Of a stretch of 64,000 nucleotides of DNA, positions 58,667 through 64,000 are shown piece after piece. A program made the position numbers and the translations under genes. The notes below the pieces were generated by a model that searched no databases, was not told the origin of the DNA, and was given only the letters and a program-made list of their open reading frames with translations. How positions within the stretch are numbered: the first letter of the stretch is position 1; every line of letters begins with the position of its first letter. The stretch is taken from the NCBI GenBank assembly GCA_963815115.1, contig CAWFFN010000009.1:1856001-1920000 (forward strand), in the 5' to 3' direction. The stretch is from an uncultured delta proteobacterium (lineage in GTDB: Bacteria; Desulfobacterota; Binatia; DP-6).

Positions 58667-60166
58667 TCAGCCCGTCCGGGCGCGCGCTGCCGCCGCGCCG
58701 GTACGCGCGGCGCGGACCGGCCGCCGTGACGCACCCGCCGATTCGGCCGCAGTCGTCTCGGCGGCGGCGGCGCGCAGCTCCTGGAAGGCGGCCTCGGTCG
58801 CCTTCACCACCTCGTGCAGATCGGGGATCAGGTCCCAGTCGGCGGTGAAGCCCCAGCAGAGCTTGCCGGCATAGCTGAACAGCACGATGCCGAGACCGAG
58901 ATAGTCGGTCAGCGGCACCTGGCCGAAGTTGTCGAGCATGCGCGCACCGAGCATGTAGAGTGGCACCTGCGGACCTGGGACGTTCGTCACCACGAGGTTG
59001 AACGGCAGGCGGCGCGTCACCATGCGCGCCCCGAGCGACAGCAGCGTGGACGGGGTCCACGACATCACCTGCGTGAGCATCTCGGCGCCGAGCGCCTGCT
59101 TGCTCTCCTTCAGACGCGTCGTGGCCTCGCGGATCGCCTCCAGACGGCGGCGCGGGTCGCGCTCGGCGATGGGCAGGTCGACCACCCACGCCGACACGCG
59201 GTTCCCCATCGTGCCCCGTTCCTCGCTGGTGCGTACGCTCACCGGCGCCATGACGCGGAAGTCGAGACCCTCGACGTTCACGCGGCGATCCTCCAGGAAG
59301 CGCTGTATCGCGCCCGTCACGGTGGTGAGCACGATGTCGTTCAGCGTGCCGCCGAGGCGGTTCTTGACCTCCTTCACCTCGTCGAGGCTCATCTCCAGCC
59401 AGTCGAGGCGGCGGTGCGTGCCGATCGGCTGGTTGAGCGGCGTGTCCGACACCGTGCGCAGGCCGGACCACACCGTGTCGCGCACCGCGCGCAGCATCGC
59501 CCGGATATCGGACCGTGGATCCTGCGCGCGCCTGATCGACTGGCGGAGCGTCGACAGGGTCTCGAGCGGCAGCGAGGCGCGGCGGACCGTCTCGGCGCGC
59601 AGCAGCTCCCACGTCGTCGGCACCGGGCGCGGAATCCAGCGCGGCGTGGGGTCGATGGTGTTCGTGGACTCGGGCGTGAGCAGCACCTCGAGCAGGTCGA
59701 CGCTCGACATGCCGTCGACCATGCAGTGGTGGATCTTCGTGATGATGGCGAAGCGGTCGCTGCCCTCGAGCCCCTCGACGACCCACATCTCCCACAGCGG
59801 CTTCGAGCGGTCGAGCTGCTGCGACATGACGCGGCCCGAGAGGCGCTTCAGCTGCCGCACGTCGCCGGGCCGCGGCAGCGCCGTATGGCGCACGTGGTAC
59901 GCGATGTTGAAGTGCTGGTCGTCCACCCACACCGGGTGGCCCTCGATCGGCGTGAAGGCCAGCACTTGGCGGTACCGCGGGATGGCATGCAGCCGCGACG
60001 AGACGTAGTCCCGGATGCGCTCGATGTCGATGCCGCCATCGGCGCAGCGAAGCGGACCCGCCTCGTACGTGGCGGTGCCCGCGACGTGCATGTGGTTGGT
60101 GGTGCTCTCGGCGATGAGGAACGTGCTGTCGAGGAAGCTCAACCGGTCGAAGGCGGGCCTGGCCAT
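58667..60166 (-). CDS. Wax ester synthase / diacylglycerol acyltransferase (WS/DGAT)
   Basis: KIHHCMVDG catalytic motif; PLWE; TLND; FNLVVTNVPGP. Confidence 0.93.
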   Translation of the reverse strand: MARPAFDRLSFLDSTFLIAESTTNHMHVAGTATYEAGPLRCADGGIDIERIRDYVSSRLHAIPRYRQVLAFTPIEGHPVWVDDQHFNIAYHVRHTALPRPGDVRQLKRLSGRVMSQQLDRSKPLWEMWVVEGLEGSDRFAIITKIHHCMVDGMSSVDLLEVLLTPESTNTIDPTPRWIPRPVPTTWELLRAETVRRASLPLETLSTLRQSIRRAQDPRSDIRAMLRAVRDTVWSGLRTVSDTPLNQPIGTHRRLDWLEMSLDEVKEVKNRLGGTLNDIVLTTVTGAIQRFLEDRRVNVEGLDFRVMAPVSVRTSEERGTMGNRVSAWVVDLPIAERDPRRRLEAIREATTRLKESKQALGAEMLTQVMSWTPSTLLSLGARMVTRRLPFNLVVTNVPGPQVPLYMLGARMLDNFGQVPLTDYLGLGIVLFSYAGKLCWGFTADWDLIPDLHEVVKATEAAFQELRAAAAETTAAESAGASRRPVRAARTGAAAARARTG

Positions 60167-60232
60167 CGTCGTCCCCTCCTCTGCGGAGAGCCGTACACCC
60201 GGACGCTGGCGCCTGTAAACGGCGAGGGCCGG

Positions 60233-60982
60233 TCAGCCGGCGCGGGCCGCGAACAGCGGCCAGCGGTGCCAGCTCCCGGCCACGAAGGGCCGCCACGCGC
60301 CCTCGGGCTGGGCCAGCCGGTCGGCGATGACGAGGAGCGCGGCGGGATGGTGCCCGAGCCCGCAATGGCTCGACCACACCTCGACGTTCTCGCTCCGCGG
60401 CCCCGGCGTGTCGAGGCAGCTCTGCCACGCCACCACGCCGTCGCTACGGCTATAGATGGACGTCGCGGGCACCGGGATCGGACTGGCGAGGGACCGCCCC
60501 GCGTCGTGCGAGCCGCCGTGCAACGCGCGATAGAGGCGCGCCGGTATGGTGGCCGACGGGTCGGCGAAGGGGCTGCCGAGCGTGATCACCTGCCGGACGT
60601 CGTCGGGGAAGCGTCGCGCCATCTCGCGCGCGTAGATTCCCCCGAGGCTCCAGCCGATGATGCTGACACGCCGGTCGTGTCGCGTGCGCAGCGCGTGGAA
60701 CCGCTTCCCCATACCCGAGACGATCGCCTCGGTGGCGCCGACGTTGCGCCCGAGTTGCCATCCGTGGACGTGGTAGCCGCGGCGGCGGAGAAACCAGCGC
60801 AGCATGCGGGTGGAGACGTCGCCGGCGAGGAAGCCGGGGAGGACGAGCACCGGGTGCCCGTCGCCGGCGGGCGCGCGATCGAGGACCGGCAGCGCGGGCA
60901 GGACGCTCGCCAGCTCGAGCAAGGCGCGGCCCTCGAGGGCGGTGAGGAAGGGCGACGGCGGTGCGAGGACGGCATCGGACAT
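60233..60982 (-). CDS. Alpha/beta hydrolase (lipase/esterase)
   Basis: PVLVLPGF, GWSLGG, VITLGSP, DGVV and SHCGL motifs. Confidence 0.88.
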   Translation of the reverse strand: MSDAVLAPPSPFLTALEGRALLELASVLPALPVLDRAPAGDGHPVLVLPGFLAGDVSTRMLRWFLRRRGYHVHGWQLGRNVGATEAIVSGMGKRFHALRTRHDRRVSIIGWSLGGIYAREMARRFPDDVRQVITLGSPFADPSATIPARLYRALHGGSHDAGRSLASPIPVPATSIYSRSDGVVAWQSCLDTPGPRSENVEVWSSHCGLGHHPAALLVIADRLAQPEGAWRPFVAGSWHRWPLFAARAG

Positions 60983-61308
60983 CAGGCCGGCATCCACCAC
61001 CGGCTCATGTCGAGCGCATTCGGGATGCTCGGCATGCGCTCGATCCGGCAGGCCGCCATGTCGGGCACCAGCACATCCCGCCCCAAGTACAATGGAGAAG
61101 AGACTCGAGGCAAGGCGAAGGCCCGAGCTACTCCACGGCATCCGCTGCGCGTGCTAGACGGTGCCAGACGTGCGGTCGTACTACCGCATCAGCCCCGATG
61201 ACCGCCTCGTCAGACGGTCGCTCGCGGTGCGCACGATACTCGCCTATCTGCGGATGGAGGACTGGTGGCACGAGCGCAGGCTGCCGCGGCCCAACGGGAG
61301 GACACACC

Positions 61309-62109
61309 ATGGCTGAACGGTTGAAGAACAAGGTGGCCATCGTCGTCGGCGCCGGCTGCACGCCGGGCGAGACGATCGGCAACGGCCGCGCGACGGCGAT
61401 CCTCTTCGCCCGCGAGGGGGCGCCGGTCCTGCTGGTGGATCGCGACTGCGACTCCGCTGCGGAGACCAAGCGCGCCATCGACGCCGAGGGCGGCGAGTCC
61501 TCCGTCGTCGAGGCCGACGTGACCCACGCCGACGCCTGCGCGCGCGTCGCCGACGAGTGCCTGCGCCGCTACGGCCGGATCGACGTCCTGCACAACAACG
61601 TCGGCATCGGCGTCCTCGGCGGTGCCGTCGAGCTCGTCGAGGCCGACTGGGATCGCGTCCTCGACACGAATCTCAAATCGATGTTCCTGACCTGCAAGCA
61701 CGTCCTGCCGCAGATGGAGCGGCAGGGTGGCGGCGCGATCATCAACGTCTCGTCGCTCGCCGCCGAGCGGGCGGCCGCGGCCTACCCGCTGCTCGCCTAC
61801 GCCGCGTCCAAGGGCGCCGTGAACGCCCTCACCCGCTCGATCGCGATGCAGTACGCGGTGAAGGGCATTCGCGTGAACGCCATCATGCCGGGCCTCATCA
61901 AGACGCCGATGGCGGTCGACGAGCCTGCGAGGCGATACGGGCTCGACCGGGAGGCGTTCATCCGGATGCGAGACGAGGCTGTGCCGATGCGGCGCATGGG
62001 CGAGGCATGGGACGTGGCCTGGGCGGCGGTCTTTCTGGCCTCGGACGAGGCGCGGTACATCACCGGCGTCGTGCTCCCCGTGGATGGCGGGCTTTCCTGC
62101 AAGGGCTAG
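61309..62109 (+). CDS. Short-chain dehydrogenase/reductase
   Basis: GGAGG RBS; GNGRATA, LHNNVG, YAASK, IRVNAIMPG and VDGG motifs. Confidence 0.92.
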   Translation: MAERLKNKVAIVVGAGCTPGETIGNGRATAILFAREGAPVLLVDRDCDSAAETKRAIDAEGGESSVVEADVTHADACARVADECLRRYGRIDVLHNNVGIGVLGGAVELVEADWDRVLDTNLKSMFLTCKHVLPQMERQGGGAIINVSSLAAERAAAAYPLLAYAASKGAVNALTRSIAMQYAVKGIRVNAIMPGLIKTPMAVDEPARRYGLDREAFIRMRDEAVPMRRMGEAWDVAWAAVFLASDEARYITGVVLPVDGGLSCKG

Positions 62110-62193
62110 GGCACTTGCCGTTCATCCCGCCGTCTACGGAGGGCGGGTGCGCGGCGGGCGTGGTAGGTTCCACGGGTCGCTGGAGGATAGGCA

Positions 62194-63333
62194 ATGAGGA
62201 TTACCGATGTCCGTCCGGTCTTGCTGACGCATCCGTACGGCATGGGGCTGGAGGGCAGGCGCAGTGCCTGCTTCGTCGAGGTGGAGACCGACGTCGGAGT
62301 CACCGGCGTGGGCGAGACGTACGCTGGCGTATACGTCCCCGAGGTCGCCGCGGCGATCGTCGAGCTGTTCAAGCCGCTGATCGTGGGGCAGGACCCGACC
62401 AGCCCCGACACGGTCTACCGCACGGCCTACCGGGCGACGAGCTACTTTGGTCGCACGGGTCTCACCGTGATGGTCTTGAGCGGGATCGAGAACGCCCTCT
62501 GGGACATCGCCGGCCAGACCCACGGAGTGCCCGTCCATGTACTGCTCGGAGGCGCCGTGCATGGCGAGCTGCCGGTCTACGGGAGCGGCGGACCGTTTAC
62601 CATGAGCATTCCCGAGCTGGTCGCCCAGGCAGCCGACACCAGATGCCGCGGCCTTCGCGGATTCAAGCTGCGCATCAACTTCTTCCGTTACCAACCCGAG
62701 GTGGAGGCCGAGCGTGTGGCAGCCGTGCGTGAGGCACTTGGCCGTGACATGGGCCTCGCCATCGACGCCGTCCAGAACTACAACCAGAAGCCGTGGTCCG
62801 TGAAGGAGGCCGCGCGCATGCTGCGCATGCTGGAGCCGTCCGACCTGGCATGGGCCGAGGAGATGCTACCACCCTTCGATCCCCTGCCGTACGCCGAACT
62901 GCGGCGTGCGACCGCAACACCGATCTCGGGCGGAGAGGGCATCACCACGGCGGCACAGTTCGAGCAGTGGCTTCGGGCCGGCGCCTTCGACCTGGCACAG
63001 CCCGACGCGACGATCATCGGAGGCATCGGAGAGGCGCGTCGGGCGTGCGAGGCCGCTGCCGCGCGCGGCATTCCGGTGGCGGTTCACGTCTGGGGATCGG
63101 CGCCCACGCTCGCCGCCAACATCCATGTGGCCTTCGCCACGCCCAACTGCGCGTGGGTCGAGCACCCGGTTCTCGGCAACCCGCTCGAGTCCGAGCTGTT
63201 CGTCGAGCCCCTCGTCATTCGCGGGGGCTACGTACAGCCGCCCATGGCTCCGGGACTCGGCATCCGCCTGACGGCGGAGCTCCGCGAGAAGTATCGGTTC
63301 GTGCCGGGCAGCGGCAGCGTGTTCGGCGTGTGA
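62194..63333 (+). CDS. Mandelate racemase / muconate lactonizing enzyme family
   Basis: ALWDIAG..GVPV..LLGG; FKLR; IDA; WAEE; GGE; QPD..GG; VH. Confidence 0.88.
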   Translation: MRITDVRPVLLTHPYGMGLEGRRSACFVEVETDVGVTGVGETYAGVYVPEVAAAIVELFKPLIVGQDPTSPDTVYRTAYRATSYFGRTGLTVMVLSGIENALWDIAGQTHGVPVHVLLGGAVHGELPVYGSGGPFTMSIPELVAQAADTRCRGLRGFKLRINFFRYQPEVEAERVAAVREALGRDMGLAIDAVQNYNQKPWSVKEAARMLRMLEPSDLAWAEEMLPPFDPLPYAELRRATATPISGGEGITTAAQFEQWLRAGAFDLAQPDATIIGGIGEARRACEAAAARGIPVAVHVWGSAPTLAANIHVAFATPNCAWVEHPVLGNPLESELFVEPLVIRGGYVQPPMAPGLGIRLTAELREKYRFVPGSGSVFGV

Positions 63334-63458
63334 TCCCCTCGGCCGTGCACCGACGACCTCGTTCCCGCTCCCCGTGGCAGGCGGCCGACCCGGACGCCGT
63401 CACGGGCAACCGCATCAAGGATGATTTGCAAGAGCCGACCTGCTAGACGCCGCGTCGA

Positions 63459-64000
63459 ATGAGTGAGGGGATACCCCCCGAGCTGATCCTGGAGGGCGGA
63501 ACGATCCGCACCATGGATCCGGAGCTTGGCTGCGTCGAGGCCGTCGGGATCGCCGGCGGCCGCATCAAGGCCGCGGGTACACGCGAGAAGGTACGCGAGG
63601 CGATGGGCCCGCGCGTCGAGGCGGTCGAGCTCGACACCACGACGGTCCTTCCCGGGCTGATCGACACGCATCCGCACCTGCTGCACTTCTCGCTCATCGA
63701 GGAACCGCTCGTGGACATCACCGACGCGACCTCGCACGCGGACATCGTCGAGCGGATCGCGGCGCGGGCCAAGAGCACCGAGCCGGGCGAATGGATCATG
63801 ACCACGCCCGTCGGCGAACCGCACTTCTTCGTGACTCGCTCGTGGCGGGACCTCGCCGAAGGGCGCCTCCCCGACCGCCACGTGCTCGATCGAGCCAGCC
63901 GCGAGCACCCGGTGATGATCCAAGCGTGGGCTCCCGTGACGCCGAACGCCATGGCCTTCAACAGCATGGCGCTGGCCCGGCTCGGCCTCGACGCACGAAC
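63459..64000 (+). CDS. Amidohydrolase 3 (YtcJ-like), runs off the window
   Basis: MSEGIPPELILEGGTIRTMD..VLPGLIDTHPH..PGEWI..LD....PV; open to the window end. Confidence 0.85.
   Translation, partial: MSEGIPPELILEGGTIRTMDPELGCVEAVGIAGGRIKAAGTREKVREAMGPRVEAVELDTTTVLPGLIDTHPHLLHFSLIEEPLVDITDATSHADIVERIAARAKSTEPGEWIMTTPVGEPHFFVTRSWRDLAEGRLPDRHVLDRASREHPVMIQAWAPVTPNAMAFNSMALARLGLDAR

Noticed and set aside
56481-60428. 1315-aa acyl-CoA dehydrogenase fusion
   Set aside because: The N-terminal ~680 aa is an off-frame read of the WS/DGAT gene; the real start is GTG 58397 with a strong RBS.
61265-61285. TGGCAC as a sigma54 -24 element (also at 6453)
   Set aside because: There is no correctly spaced TTGC/GC -12 element.

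Overview
A very GC-rich bacterial chromosomal window with about 50 genes. The style of its secreted proteins suggests a Binatota/Myxococcota-like or similar soil organism (inference only). I found no rRNA, tRNA, CRISPR array or transposase. In order it holds: an IorAB-type molybdoenzyme operon with a diheme cytochrome, XdhC and MocA; cysteine synthase; a heavily frameshifted FhlA-like sigma54 activator; a WYL regulator divergent from a DUF2130 gene; a STAND/AAA regulator; an ECF sigma/cupin anti-sigma pair with DUF4394; a ~19 kb heme/lipid cluster; several secreted Gly/Cys-rich proteins; lgt; a DUF2779 nuclease operon; cobalt nitrile hydratase genes; lipid genes (acyl-CoA dehydrogenase, WS/DGAT, lipase); and SDR, enolase-superfamily and amidohydrolase genes. 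Three observations stand out. (1) A 57-bp promoter with a CGAC-N7-GTCG palindrome and TGTCGC-N10-TATCAA geometry occurs twice, 38 kb apart, ahead of the DUF2130 and DUF2779 nuclease-like operons, and one copy sits beside the WYL gene. This suggests a WYL-controlled DNA-damage or defence regulon. (2) The heme/lipid cluster (catalase-related protein, GMC oxidoreductase, RoxA-like diheme protein, Cache-TM-degenerate-NTPase protein, alpha-dioxygenase-like lipoprotein, DUF4331, TPR, membrane patatin) may be an oxylipin synthesis-and-sensing system. (3) A recurrent ATC(C/T)-N17-CGTA ECF promoter appears to define a small local regulon. Family calls come from motif recognition by eye, not from database searches.
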